This document shows positions 8,015-17,594 of a DNA stretch of 64,000 nucleotides, one piece after another. Under the pieces are notes generated by a model. That model was not told the origin of the DNA, ran no database searches, and worked only from the letters and a program-made list of their open reading frames with translations. A program made the position numbers and the translations under genes. The DNA comes from a virus: the IMG/VR virus record IMGVR_UViG_3300025154_000069, positions 15,080 to 79,079 of that record. The stretch is one strand, 5' to 3'. Within the stretch, counting starts at the first letter, position 1. Every line of letters starts with the position of its first letter.

Positions 8015-10531
8015 ATGACAACTGAACTCGGATATAATGTAGCGATAAACTTCTTCGGAAATTATTCAAGAGAATTGGATAAGGTTCAAAGAGGTACTCA
8101 CTCACTCGATGAATCTTTGAGAAAAGCATCGGTGTCTGGAAGTGGTATCATAAAATATGGTAGTGCTTGGGATAGGGTTGAGATGGGATTCGGAAGGGTT
8201 ACAGGAACCGTTACCGGATTATTTAACCGACTTATGAGTGTTCAAAATTTACTTCTCGGAGGTGGTATTGCTTATGGTATAGCCAACATAGGAAATAAAC
8301 TGTATCAAACAGGTCTTACTATGGAGAATAATTTTGCCTCTATCAAAACCGCATTAGACAGTGATGTTAAAACTATAGAGGGGTTGATGTGGGCGAGAAA
8401 GAAAGCTGCTGAGACTCCCTTTGAACTCCCCGATGTTAATCAAGCTCTTTTGCAGATGGCAAAGGAGGGGCTAACAAAGACCAATGATATGCGTGAGAAG
8501 GTATTCACAGCTATTGGTGACATGGCAGGTGCGGAAGGATTTGACTTCGGCACGGGTATGTATATGTTCACAAAAGCGGGGGAGGGTAATTGGATGCAGT
8601 TATCCATGAGAACAGGGTTGAGAATGTCTAATATGATAAACCTCGCTTTGCAGAGTAACCGCACGGAGGAGGAAAAAAAGAAGATGATCGAGTACGCCAA
8701 CGTAGTAAAAAAGGCAGCGAAAGGAACAACCGAGTACAAGATGGCTCTCGCTGAATACTTAGCCATTATGTATAAAGGTGGTATGGAGAACAGGGTCAAA
8801 ACGGTTGGCGGTGCTCTATCAAATGTTAGTGACTTGATGAGTATCTTTACTATGGAGATTGTTGGGTATACACAACAGGCCGACTCATTTTTTCACAGTA
8901 TAATGCTTACGGTAAAAGATAAATTCTTGGGGGCTTTTAGTAAAGTTATCGAGGTTCAAAAAGATATAAACGGAAATGTTACACAACAGATAACTCTTCA
9001 AGATAAACTCTTTGAGTCTGGAAGAAGAATTGGTGGCATACTTAAAATCATGTGGAGCAGTGTTGATTCTGCCGTAGGTGGCCTTACCGAGAGACTTGAG
9101 GTGCTTATTCTAAAAATGAACGCTTGGCTAAGTGATTTTCAAGGTAATGTGGCTCCGATGATTATAGCATTTACCATTATAAAAATGCGGGTTAAGGACT
9201 TTTTTAACGGATTTAAAGAGGGCTTTAGTTCTGGATTTGGATTCTTTTGGAACATATTAAAGGGTTTGGCTAAAACTATAATCGCAATAATCGGGTTTAT
9301 AAAGAGATTGACCGGGGGAACAGAAGAAGCGGATTCAAAGGCAAAAAGATTAGGTAAAACGGTCGGGTTGCTTATCGGCTCGTTAGTCGGACTCAGAATA
9401 CTACTGCCCATAACAAACAAGATGTTTATGTTCGCTAAGTCCGTTAAGTTTGCCACTACAGCCCTTCTTAATTTTATCAACACGAACAAGATGGTTGAAA
9501 AAGTAAGCACGTATGCTCAGATAGGCACTACTTACGTGGCCGAAGGTTTTTCTATGCTTGGAACAAAATTAGGGTTGGCTACAAGGTCGTTAGGTAAGCT
9601 GAGGGTTGCATTTCTTGGATTAAACACGGTTCTTGTGTCTACGCCTATCGGATGGATAATATTGATCGTTGCAGCCTTGGTTGCGGGTATTATCCTGTTG
9701 GTAAAACATTGGGATAAAGTCAGGGAGCATGTTAGTAAGGTTCCTGATTGGATAATAATGATAACAACAGTTATGATGCCCCTTATAGGTGCTGTTATGT
9801 TACTCGCTAAATATTGGGAACAAATTTCAACTATTGTTAAAAATGCATTCAAGACAATTAAAAATTATGCAAGAGGGGTGTGGGATTGGTTGGTTGTTAA
9901 GGCAAGGAACACTCGTGATTCTTTTGTTGATACTTGGAATAAAACCAAAGAAATGTTAAAACCGGTTAAAGACTTTTTTACTGATATGTTTAAAACAGCT
10001 AAGAAACAAATGAGGGATATGTGGGATGCTCTTACAGAAAGGTTCCCATTTATCGAGCGTATTCTTAAAGCCATAGGTGATATGTTCCGAAAGTATATAC
10101 TTGAACCCATCCAAAAGATAAAGGCATACATAACCGATTCTTTCTCTAAGGTTTTTGGTGGTTTGTTTGAAAAGGATGCTCTTAAAACTTCGTTTGATGA
10201 TCTGGCCAAACAATCTCAAACATGGGTTAATGCTTCTGGAAATTTTGCTGATAGACAAGCAAGGAACAAGTATTTGAGTGATATAAAAGAGGGCACGGTA
10301 AAAGGAAATACGATCGGTGGAACAAGTGTGTTCGACTTATTAATGGCTAATAAGGACACATACGGGCAAGGAACGTCAAATGATAGGATAGTTGAGGCTT
10401 TAGAGAAACTTAACGAAAAAGAGAGGGGTATGGTTATTGACCAAATCACCATAAAAGTTGACGGAAAGACATTTAATGCTGATGAGTTTGTTAAAACTTT
10501 GGAAAGTCTCGCAAATAAAAAAGGTAAGTAA
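8015..10531 (+). CDS. Tape measure protein
   Basis: AAETPFELPDV N-terminal tape motif, hydrophobic segments (PIGWIILIVAALVAGIILLVKHWD), Trp-periodic helices. Confidence 0.9.
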   Translation: MTTELGYNVAINFFGNYSRELDKVQRGTHSLDESLRKASVSGSGIIKYGSAWDRVEMGFGRVTGTVTGLFNRLMSVQNLLLGGGIAYGIANIGNKLYQTGLTMENNFASIKTALDSDVKTIEGLMWARKKAAETPFELPDVNQALLQMAKEGLTKTNDMREKVFTAIGDMAGAEGFDFGTGMYMFTKAGEGNWMQLSMRTGLRMSNMINLALQSNRTEEEKKKMIEYANVVKKAAKGTTEYKMALAEYLAIMYKGGMENRVKTVGGALSNVSDLMSIFTMEIVGYTQQADSFFHSIMLTVKDKFLGAFSKVIEVQKDINGNVTQQITLQDKLFESGRRIGGILKIMWSSVDSAVGGLTERLEVLILKMNAWLSDFQGNVAPMIIAFTIIKMRVKDFFNGFKEGFSSGFGFFWNILKGLAKTIIAIIGFIKRLTGGTEEADSKAKRLGKTVGLLIGSLVGLRILLPITNKMFMFAKSVKFATTALLNFINTNKMVEKVSTYAQIGTTYVAEGFSMLGTKLGLATRSLGKLRVAFLGLNTVLVSTPIGWIILIVAALVAGIILLVKHWDKVREHVSKVPDWIIMITTVMMPLIGAVMLLAKYWEQISTIVKNAFKTIKNYARGVWDWLVVKARNTRDSFVDTWNKTKEMLKPVKDFFTDMFKTAKKQMRDMWDALTERFPFIERILKAIGDMFRKYILEPIQKIKAYITDSFSKVFGGLFEKDALKTSFDDLAKQSQTWVNASGNFADRQARNKYLSDIKEGTVKGNTIGGTSVFDLLMANKDTYGQGTSNDRIVEALEKLNEKERGMVIDQITIKVDGKTFNADEFVKTLESLANKKGK

Positions 10532-11271
10532 TGAATAAGAACGCATATATAACCAATCTTGACGGCTCGGTGATAATAGACTTTCAATACTCCCCTCATG
10601 AGATGGATAGGAGCACGAAGAGTAATATTAAAACAAGCACGTATACGGGTTCTGTTGATGTTGATCTGTATTGGGTAAGTGGGGAACCTGAATCTGTTCC
10701 AATCCCCTTTTTTATAGATCGGACAAAGGAGAGTATGCCGTATAAAGGTGGAACTCAGGCGGAGGTAAAACCAAAAACATTGGATTGGCTTAGACCTGTT
10801 TATGATAATAGTGCTTTGGCTCAGATAATCCGAGGGATGGTAAAGAGTAAAACACCTTCCGAGAAAATACCTACAAGTGAGTACAATGCTACCCCCCACT
10901 TCAAGCAAAACAGGGATAGTGTTCTTTATGACATAGAAGTATTTGAATCTTTTTTGCGCCCGGAGGGATATAAACAGGTTCCTGCATCGGTTGTCGTGCA
11001 GTCTTATGAGTTCAGAAATAATACTCCTGACAATAATGCAGTTAGATTTGTGCCTCCACAAATGATTAGATTCTTTTATTCGGGGCTGTGGGTAGAGGGG
11101 TATCTTGAAAATATCGACTATAAGTATTCTATTTTCATGTCCGGGAAACCTCAGAGGGTAGAGGGTACTTTAACAATAGCAGCACATAAGAAAGGAACTT
11201 TTGAGTATGTCAATACGGTTGACCCGGCACAAGCAGAGCTTAATAACTATGTAAATGAAGTCAGCATATGA
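10531..11271 (+). CDS. Tail tube initiator / baseplate protein
   Basis: FQYSP N-terminal motif and PP...F...G...P.RVEGTLT C-terminal motif; follows tape measure. Confidence 0.65.
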   Translation: MNKNAYITNLDGSVIIDFQYSPHEMDRSTKSNIKTSTYTGSVDVDLYWVSGEPESVPIPFFIDRTKESMPYKGGTQAEVKPKTLDWLRPVYDNSALAQIIRGMVKSKTPSEKIPTSEYNATPHFKQNRDSVLYDIEVFESFLRPEGYKQVPASVVVQSYEFRNNTPDNNAVRFVPPQMIRFFYSGLWVEGYLENIDYKYSIFMSGKPQRVEGTLTIAAHKKGTFEYVNTVDPAQAELNNYVNEVSI

Positions 11272-11561
11272 ACCGAGACTATTTTAAAAATAAGGTAAAT
11301 ACGATAACAACAGGATTATCGGGGGGAAGGAGTCATTTCTCTACCCGCCCCAAATTTATAACCAAGCTCGATAGTGAGTATGCTTGTGCTCATGGAGACA
11401 CCTACTATGGGTTGGCAGATAAAACTTTGGGGTCGGATAAGTTATGGAATATTTTGGCAGACATAAATTTACCCTGTTACCCTACGGAGTTGGTATCAGA
11501 AATGAAAATCAATTTACCTTTGGTTGTTATTGAAAACGAAACGTCAGCAACTATACTATGA
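11268..11561 (+). CDS. LysM-like tail X protein
   Basis: GDTYYGLADKTLGSDKLWNILADIN...INLP. Confidence 0.75.
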   Translation: MNRDYFKNKVNTITTGLSGGRSHFSTRPKFITKLDSEYACAHGDTYYGLADKTLGSDKLWNILADINLPCYPTELVSEMKINLPLVVIENETSATIL

Positions 11562-12994
11562 TTCTAACGCAGTATTATAAGGTTTATATTCAAGATGTAG
11601 ATGTCACCAAAGATGTTGACGGCATAAAGATAATGGAAGAGGATGGGCTGTTTACCACCGCTACCGTTACTTTTAGGAATGGGTATCTTTGGATGGAAAC
11701 TATCGGGAAAGGAAACACGGTTAAGGTGTTCGGAGGAACTACTTCATTAAACGCTGTTCTTCAATTTTCCGGGTATGTGAACATAATAAACCCCGACTTT
11801 CAATCTGATGGTGAGGTTACGTTGACTGTTGAATGCTTTACCTATGGTCATATTGAAACAGGAATACAGAAGAAAAGCACTTTATACCCTTCGGAGAGTA
11901 ACGAGGAAGAGTGGGCTAAAAGCAGTCCTTTACGCTATAGTTACATAATAGAACAAATAGCAAAAGATAGTGGGTATGAAATAGGCAGGTTCTCGGTTGC
12001 TAAGGGTAAGGACAAAAAAGCTACTTTCAAAGCCCCGATTTCACAAAAAGACAAAACAACGTGGAAGCTGTTGAATGACTTGGCAGCAGATATTGATTGT
12101 GTTATTTGGGAAGAGTTTCGGGATGGTAAGTCTATCCTTAACTGCGTTGATGAAGAAGGAGCCGTGAACACGATCAGCAAAAAATCTTTTTACTTTGTGG
12201 CCAGAGCAGGTAGTAAATTCTCGGTTGATAGTGCAGATAACACTATGATAAGACTTATAAGTGCTAATTTGAACTTAGATACTAACAGGGGAAAGGCGCA
12301 CCAAAGGTTAGATACTAAGACCAACCCGGCAACGGGGGAAGAGGAGGTAAAAACAGATACTTATGATGCTGTTACCGATAAATGGACTGAGTGGGTGTTC
12401 AAGGAAGAGCTATTGGCCAAGGAGTCGGAAGAAACAAAGGACAGGGTTTTTGAAATTGTTACTTCTTCAAGGGATAAGCTCGAAAAGTGGGAGACCATTC
12501 AGAAGTATTTTATTAAGTCGGATAAGGTGGAAAAGGAATCTCAGAACCCACTACCAGAAGAATTTACTGTTACCGAGTCAAGCAAGAACTTCTCTAAGGA
12601 TAAACAGTATACAACAACCGATGCACTCAACAATGTTCCCCCCGAAGATCAGTCTGAACTGTTGAAACGGGCTACAAACGGGGAATTGACGGATGAAGAT
12701 TTTGCTCTGTATTTTAAAGAGTCAGACAGACCAGATGATGTTGTTTCTGAGTCAAACAATGATGTTACCTCTGGTAACGCCAACCAAGGAGGAACCGACA
12801 AGAAGAAAAAGAAAACACGGAGAGATGAAGGGTTTAGTATTTCTGCACAGATAAACGGAGTGATGGATATTAAGACAAAGATGAGCTATCTTGTTCAAGG
12901 CTTAGGCAAATACTCAGCTACATATTATCTGTATAAAATTGAAAAGAATTTCGGGGAAGATGGATTTATGATGAATTTAACATTTACGAAGTGA
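11558..12994 (+). CDS. Baseplate hub (P2 gpD / T4 gp27-like)
   Basis: QFSGYV, ISQKDKTTWKLLNDLA, GLGKYSATYYL. Confidence 0.7.
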   Translation: MILTQYYKVYIQDVDVTKDVDGIKIMEEDGLFTTATVTFRNGYLWMETIGKGNTVKVFGGTTSLNAVLQFSGYVNIINPDFQSDGEVTLTVECFTYGHIETGIQKKSTLYPSESNEEEWAKSSPLRYSYIIEQIAKDSGYEIGRFSVAKGKDKKATFKAPISQKDKTTWKLLNDLAADIDCVIWEEFRDGKSILNCVDEEGAVNTISKKSFYFVARAGSKFSVDSADNTMIRLISANLNLDTNRGKAHQRLDTKTNPATGEEEVKTDTYDAVTDKWTEWVFKEELLAKESEETKDRVFEIVTSSRDKLEKWETIQKYFIKSDKVEKESQNPLPEEFTVTESSKNFSKDKQYTTTDALNNVPPEDQSELLKRATNGELTDEDFALYFKESDRPDDVVSESNNDVTSGNANQGGTDKKKKKTRRDEGFSISAQINGVMDIKTKMSYLVQGLGKYSATYYLYKIEKNFGEDGFMMNLTFTK

Positions 12995-13686
12995 ACGATT
13001 TAATTGACAGCATACTCGATTTTACAAAGGGTGATAAGCTCTCAGGTGTTTATCTTGCAAAGCCTACAGGTAAGGTTTTGGCTGATGATAAAACCTTCAT
13101 ACAGATAAGCTATGGTGGTACACTTCAATATGCAAAACCCTCTATGCCTTTCGGTTGGTTTTTTATTCCTACCGAGGAGTGGTTAGAGAAGCATAAAACA
13201 ACGATCGGGATATGGATAATCTTTGAACATGGTAATCCACGCTACCCCGTTTGGTTAGGTATTGCCCCTCTGGATGAAAAAATTCCGGGAGGTAATTATC
13301 CGAATATAGCTGAATTTAAGACAGAGACCTTTACTCAGGTGTTTGATGATGTAGATTCTATCTACTCTTTAAAGCATGACGATAATTTTTTGTTTATTTT
13401 AGCTAAAAATTATATATCTTTGCTTAATAAAGATGAGTACGGGCTGCACATAACAAAAAACAAGGTACAGCTTGGTAAAAAGAGCGAAACAAAGACGGAA
13501 GCGGTGAGGTTTGATAAGTTGAAAGAGGTTATCGAGGATATTTTGGAATTGGTGGTTAAGATGCTTACAATATCCCCTATGGGTAATAACAGCACAGGAG
13601 AAATAGACCCTGCAACGGTTTCAAGAAAAGCAGCGATTATACAAAAATTAAACAGTATAAAGAGTAATTCAGTAGAATTAGATTAA
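12991..13686 (+). CDS. Baseplate central spike (gpV-like)
   Basis: GWFFIP...IWIIFEHGNPRYPVWLG OB-fold motif. Confidence 0.8.
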   Translation: MNDLIDSILDFTKGDKLSGVYLAKPTGKVLADDKTFIQISYGGTLQYAKPSMPFGWFFIPTEEWLEKHKTTIGIWIIFEHGNPRYPVWLGIAPLDEKIPGGNYPNIAEFKTETFTQVFDDVDSIYSLKHDDNFLFILAKNYISLLNKDEYGLHITKNKVQLGKKSETKTEAVRFDKLKEVIEDILELVVKMLTISPMGNNSTGEIDPATVSRKAAIIQKLNSIKSNSVELD

Positions 13687-14144
13687 TGGCATTATCAAAA
13701 TCCATATTAAAGCAAGAGTTATCAAAATTAATGGATAACACACACCCCCAATTTCTCGGGTTCTCTTCTAATATTTCTATTATAGGAGATCGGTGGGCTA
13801 ATGTGGTTAAGGTTTATTCATCTACTATAGTTCCCCCCTCTGCTACTTTAGAAACGGCAAAGAGTGGGTTCTATACTACTATGCTTAATATGGATTTGGG
13901 GATAGGAAGAACGATTTTTCAAAGTGCATTTTTACAGTTCACACTTTTGTTGGCAGCAGGAATGACACCGGCTTTTATAGGTACGCCTCCACCAACCCCG
14001 ATAAATTTTTCTTCTCTGTATGCTTTACCGCTTGATACAGATATTAATACTAAGATTGAGGTTTTTGCCACAATCATTGATGCATGGTTTAGAACAGGAA
14101 CGGCTACACCGAGCGGTGGTGGAAGCCCTATATTATGGAACTAA
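13686..14144 (+). CDS. Hypothetical baseplate-region protein
   Basis: Coupled ORF between the spike and gp25-like genes. Confidence 0.5.
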   Translation: MALSKSILKQELSKLMDNTHPQFLGFSSNISIIGDRWANVVKVYSSTIVPPSATLETAKSGFYTTMLNMDLGIGRTIFQSAFLQFTLLLAAGMTPAFIGTPPPTPINFSSLYALPLDTDINTKIEVFATIIDAWFRTGTATPSGGGSPILWN

Positions 14145-14527
14145 TGATAATAAAGACAGGGTTGACATATGACTTCACACTAACAAATGGTAAATTCACG
14201 ATGAAAACCGGGAAGGATAAGGTGGATGCGGATATGAAGATGCTCTACATGTTCTTTGGTTGGTTCCGAATTTTCCTTCAAGACTATTGTGTAAATATTT
14301 ATTTTTTCTTCAATAAGCATAACAGCTTTATTTATCGGTATGCCGACATAATGAAGTTAGAAATAACGAGGGCGGTGGATAAGTATCTTACTTTTGTAAG
14401 GCTTGAAAAGGTTAATATTTTTAAAGAGGTGGCGAATAAAAAAGAATTGACATTTGATACAACGTATACATACACGTTAAATACAACGGTGGATAAGAAT
14501 AGGGTAGTATTTAAAAAAATAATTTAA
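14135..14527 (+). CDS. gp25-like baseplate wedge/sheath initiator
   Basis: Size, position, and LEITRAVDKYLTFVRL pattern. Confidence 0.55.
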   Translation: MELMIIKTGLTYDFTLTNGKFTMKTGKDKVDADMKMLYMFFGWFRIFLQDYCVNIYFFFNKHNSFIYRYADIMKLEITRAVDKYLTFVRLEKVNIFKEVANKKELTFDTTYTYTLNTTVDKNRVVFKKII

Positions 14528-14533
14528 GAAATC

Positions 14534-14887
14534 ATGGCACAGGTAAAAGAATACACAAGAAGGACAAAAAAGGGTAAAATAATTACCGTAAGGTCACACA
14601 GCAGAGCTGGTGGTGGAAAGAGTGGTGGAAAGAGTGGAAGTGGCAGTAAAAAACCAAGTACCTTTGCTAAAAGGAGAGCATTTATAGATACTAAGGGTTC
14701 TGGCGGTTTTGAGCGCTCAAGCTATCAAGGACAGGGGATAAACAAAATGAAGAAGGGTGGGTTTGGTAAAATTAGAAGCTCTAAAAATGTTGGTGCAAGG
14801 GAACTTTTATACCAATACCCAAAAAGCACAAAAAAAACAAAGCAACTTATGAGAACCAATTTAGTTAGGGCAGAATTGAGGGGCTAA
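14534..14887 (+). CDS. Small K/R/G-rich basic protein with N-terminal MAQVKEYTRRTKKGK tag
   Basis: Very basic; N-terminal 15 aa identical to ORF 15169. Confidence 0.75.
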   Translation: MAQVKEYTRRTKKGKIITVRSHSRAGGGKSGGKSGSGSKKPSTFAKRRAFIDTKGSGGFERSSYQGQGINKMKKGGFGKIRSSKNVGARELLYQYPKSTKKTKQLMRTNLVRAELRG

Positions 14888-14899
14888 TAAAAAGTAAAA

Positions 14900-15169
14900 A
14901 TGCAAAGAGTTAATCCACACACAAGAAAAAATACTTTTGTAAGAGGCTATGAAAGAAAGAAACTTACTAAAACGGGGAAGAGTATGGTGGATAGTAAGGT
15001 TCATAAGGTGATGCATGAGTTCAAGTATAAAACTTTGCATTCTTATGGAGGAAGGGGGAAAGTAGGAAAGTTGGTTACAGAAAGACCCCAAGCAATAGCA
15101 ATAGCATTGAGTGAGGCAAGTAGGATTAAAGGATTGAATAAGTTTGTTTCAAAGAAATTTAAACGATAA
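14900..15169 (+). CDS. Small basic protein with DUF6496-like segment
   Basis: KVHKVMHEFK..LHS...QAIAIALSEA motif; N-terminal VNPHTR...VRGYER. Confidence 0.7.
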   Translation: MQRVNPHTRKNTFVRGYERKKLTKTGKSMVDSKVHKVMHEFKYKTLHSYGGRGKVGKLVTERPQAIAIALSEASRIKGLNKFVSKKFKR

Positions 15170-15354
15170 TGGCACAGGTAAAGGAGTATACCCGTAGAAC
15201 CAAAAAGGGTAAAACGTGCAGAGTTGCTTCTCACAACAGAGCATCCGGAGGTAAGATGAAAAATGTTCGGGCAGGTGCAGGTCATACTTTTACACGCCCC
15301 AAGATTTCTTATACCCAATCCGGAAGAGGTTTATTTATGAGCAATAACCGATAA
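15169..15354 (+). CDS. Small basic protein with N-terminal MAQVKEYTRRTKKGK tag
   Basis: N-terminus paralogous to ORF 14534; translationally coupled (TAATG). Confidence 0.75.
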   Translation: MAQVKEYTRRTKKGKTCRVASHNRASGGKMKNVRAGAGHTFTRPKISYTQSGRGLFMSNNR

Positions 15355-15355
15355 A

Positions 15356-16864
15356 ATGACTAAGCAAGAAATTATAAATGTTTTCTACACTTATGACGAG
15401 GCTACACTTCAAAAGCTGTATATCCTTGCCGAGTGTAATCTTGTTCCACAACAAGACAGTCTTTTAGCGGTTGACTTCGCTACTATTATTGATTCGGTTT
15501 TTAAGACGGGTGGGTTAGCTGATACCTACTACCCGGAATGGACTGACCGAAGTAGTGGTGACTTTGGAAGATTTCTTGTCGAACTTTTTGCAGTTCTTTC
15601 AGACAAGAATTTTTTCTATATAAACCACTTTAGCCGTGAGGCACACGCAAGCACGGCTGAACTGTTCAGAAGTTTGTTACAGTTCGCCATAAGCAACAAC
15701 ATTTCGGTGTCAATGAATGATGCTGCCGAGTTTACTTCTTCTATTGTTTTTGAGAATGGTGCTGAATACACCTATCCGAGGGGTTCGATAGTTTTAGGCT
15801 TGACTAATATTACAGGTCGTAATTTCTCCAATAAGACAGCATTCACACTTGCTGCAAATAGCAGTTTACCTGAGCCGGCAAACAATATTGGTTTCATACA
15901 TGGGGAACTCGAAGAAATAACCGGGGCGTTTAATGGCAGGTCAATAATCTTGATAAAGGAAAGCATAATAGCCGACACGGTTGAGTTGGTTGTTGGTTCC
16001 GACACTTACACAAGAGTTGATTCTTTCTCGGATGGAACGATCACAACCAAACACTTCAAGGTGTTTATAAACTCGTCAGGACAGGCCGAAATAATGTTTG
16101 CTGAGGCAGGCTATGGGGTAACACCAGAGATAAACGCTACTTACACGGTTTCGTTTTTTGTCGGTGGTGGAACTACAGGGAACTTGTCTGCAAGTGTTCT
16201 CAATAAGGTTGTTTCTTGCCCGGGTAGGCAAATTTTAACCTTCACACAGCCCGAAGCAACAGGGGGTACAGATTTGATGGAGCTTGAAGATTTGAGACAT
16301 TATGTGATAAATAAGCAAAAGAATAATGACAGGATGGTTACTAATCCCGATGTAGAGGATATAGTATCAGAACTCGACTTCGTAAAGAGGGTTAAAAGCC
16401 AGAATGTTTCCAACTATATTTTTATCTACGTTGTTACAACAGCAGGAACCTCTTTATCCCCATCACAAGTTACTGCAATAGAAACCCACATATCCGACAA
16501 GATATTGATGGGTTACTCTGCTCTTATCTCTGACCCGCCCTCGGTTCAGATTTATATGGAGGTTGAAATTTATGTTTTACCTTCGATACAATCTGCAAGT
16601 GCCGAAGCTCTGGCCGATGAAATAATTAAGAATTACTTAATGGCAAATAGAAACGGGGAGTTTGGTGAAGGTGTTAAAAGGGGTAAGTTAGGAACCCTTT
16701 TATTGTCTGGAATAGTGAACTCTCAGAATGTTGTTTTTACAGCCTTGAATGAAGGAACAACTTTATCGGGTAGTCCTAATGATATTTCTGTAGAGCCTAA
16801 TGAGGTTATTGATTACACAAATTCGGCTATAATAATATCGGTAATAGGAGGTGAAAGTGCTTAG
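15356..16864 (+). CDS. Baseplate wedge protein (gpJ / T4 gp6-like)
   Basis: PEWTDRSSGDFGRFLVELFA, VGGGTTGN, ATGGTD, RMVT. Confidence 0.85.
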   Translation: MTKQEIINVFYTYDEATLQKLYILAECNLVPQQDSLLAVDFATIIDSVFKTGGLADTYYPEWTDRSSGDFGRFLVELFAVLSDKNFFYINHFSREAHASTAELFRSLLQFAISNNISVSMNDAAEFTSSIVFENGAEYTYPRGSIVLGLTNITGRNFSNKTAFTLAANSSLPEPANNIGFIHGELEEITGAFNGRSIILIKESIIADTVELVVGSDTYTRVDSFSDGTITTKHFKVFINSSGQAEIMFAEAGYGVTPEINATYTVSFFVGGGTTGNLSASVLNKVVSCPGRQILTFTQPEATGGTDLMELEDLRHYVINKQKNNDRMVTNPDVEDIVSELDFVKRVKSQNVSNYIFIYVVTTAGTSLSPSQVTAIETHISDKILMGYSALISDPPSVQIYMEVEIYVLPSIQSASAEALADEIIKNYLMANRNGEFGEGVKRGKLGTLLLSGIVNSQNVVFTALNEGTTLSGSPNDISVEPNEVIDYTNSAIIISVIGGESA

Positions 16865-17594
16865 TTTATCCCAACATATCCCGCCCGGAATACTTGAAAG
16901 CCCATATGCTAAAGAACTGATAAAATTTTTATCAGTTCTTGAGAGTATAGCTGACGTGGAGATCGAGCAGATACAAGAATATGTAAAATCCTTTAATATT
17001 ATTACAGCGAGTTTGGAGAAAACGAGGGTGTTTGTTGATGATTTTGATGGTGAATATTTATTATCAACATCTAAGAAAGTCTTAGAGACTTTATTTAATA
17101 ATAAAAAGAAATTCTATAGCACACGAGGTACAGAAACTACTCTTATAGATATTCTTGAGTGTTATTTACAGCAATACTCTGGTACGGTTGATTCTTTAAC
17201 TTACAATATCGGTTATCCGCTAATACATTTTTCTTCTTTAGACTCAGGCATACTCCCAGAAGGTCAGGATTTAGCGGATGAACTTGGGGGTGCTATGACT
17301 CCTACTAAGCTTATTCCTACACTCCTTGATGGTTCTTGGTCTAACTATTATAAAACAATAGTTATTGAGCTGTCTGGTGCATCATTTTCGGATTCTTTTT
17401 TAAATTTATTGAAATTAGTTATATATTTGTTTACTCCATTCTTGGAAGAGTACACTAATATATTTTTACTAATAGCTAACTCTTACACGGTTGAGGATGG
17501 TGGAGAAGATTCAGAGCTTTTAAGCTATCAAGCTGTTGGTGATGGTGGTTTAAACGAAATATTAATTAACAGTAATATTGTTCAAAATGGCTGA
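16851..17594 (+). CDS. Baseplate wedge protein (gpI-like)
   Basis: FYSTRGT motif; follows the gpJ-like gene. Confidence 0.6.
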   Translation: MKVLSLSQHIPPGILESPYAKELIKFLSVLESIADVEIEQIQEYVKSFNIITASLEKTRVFVDDFDGEYLLSTSKKVLETLFNNKKKFYSTRGTETTLIDILECYLQQYSGTVDSLTYNIGYPLIHFSSLDSGILPEGQDLADELGGAMTPTKLIPTLLDGSWSNYYKTIVIELSGASFSDSFLNLLKLVIYLFTPFLEEYTNIFLLIANSYTVEDGGEDSELLSYQAVGDGGLNEILINSNIVQNG

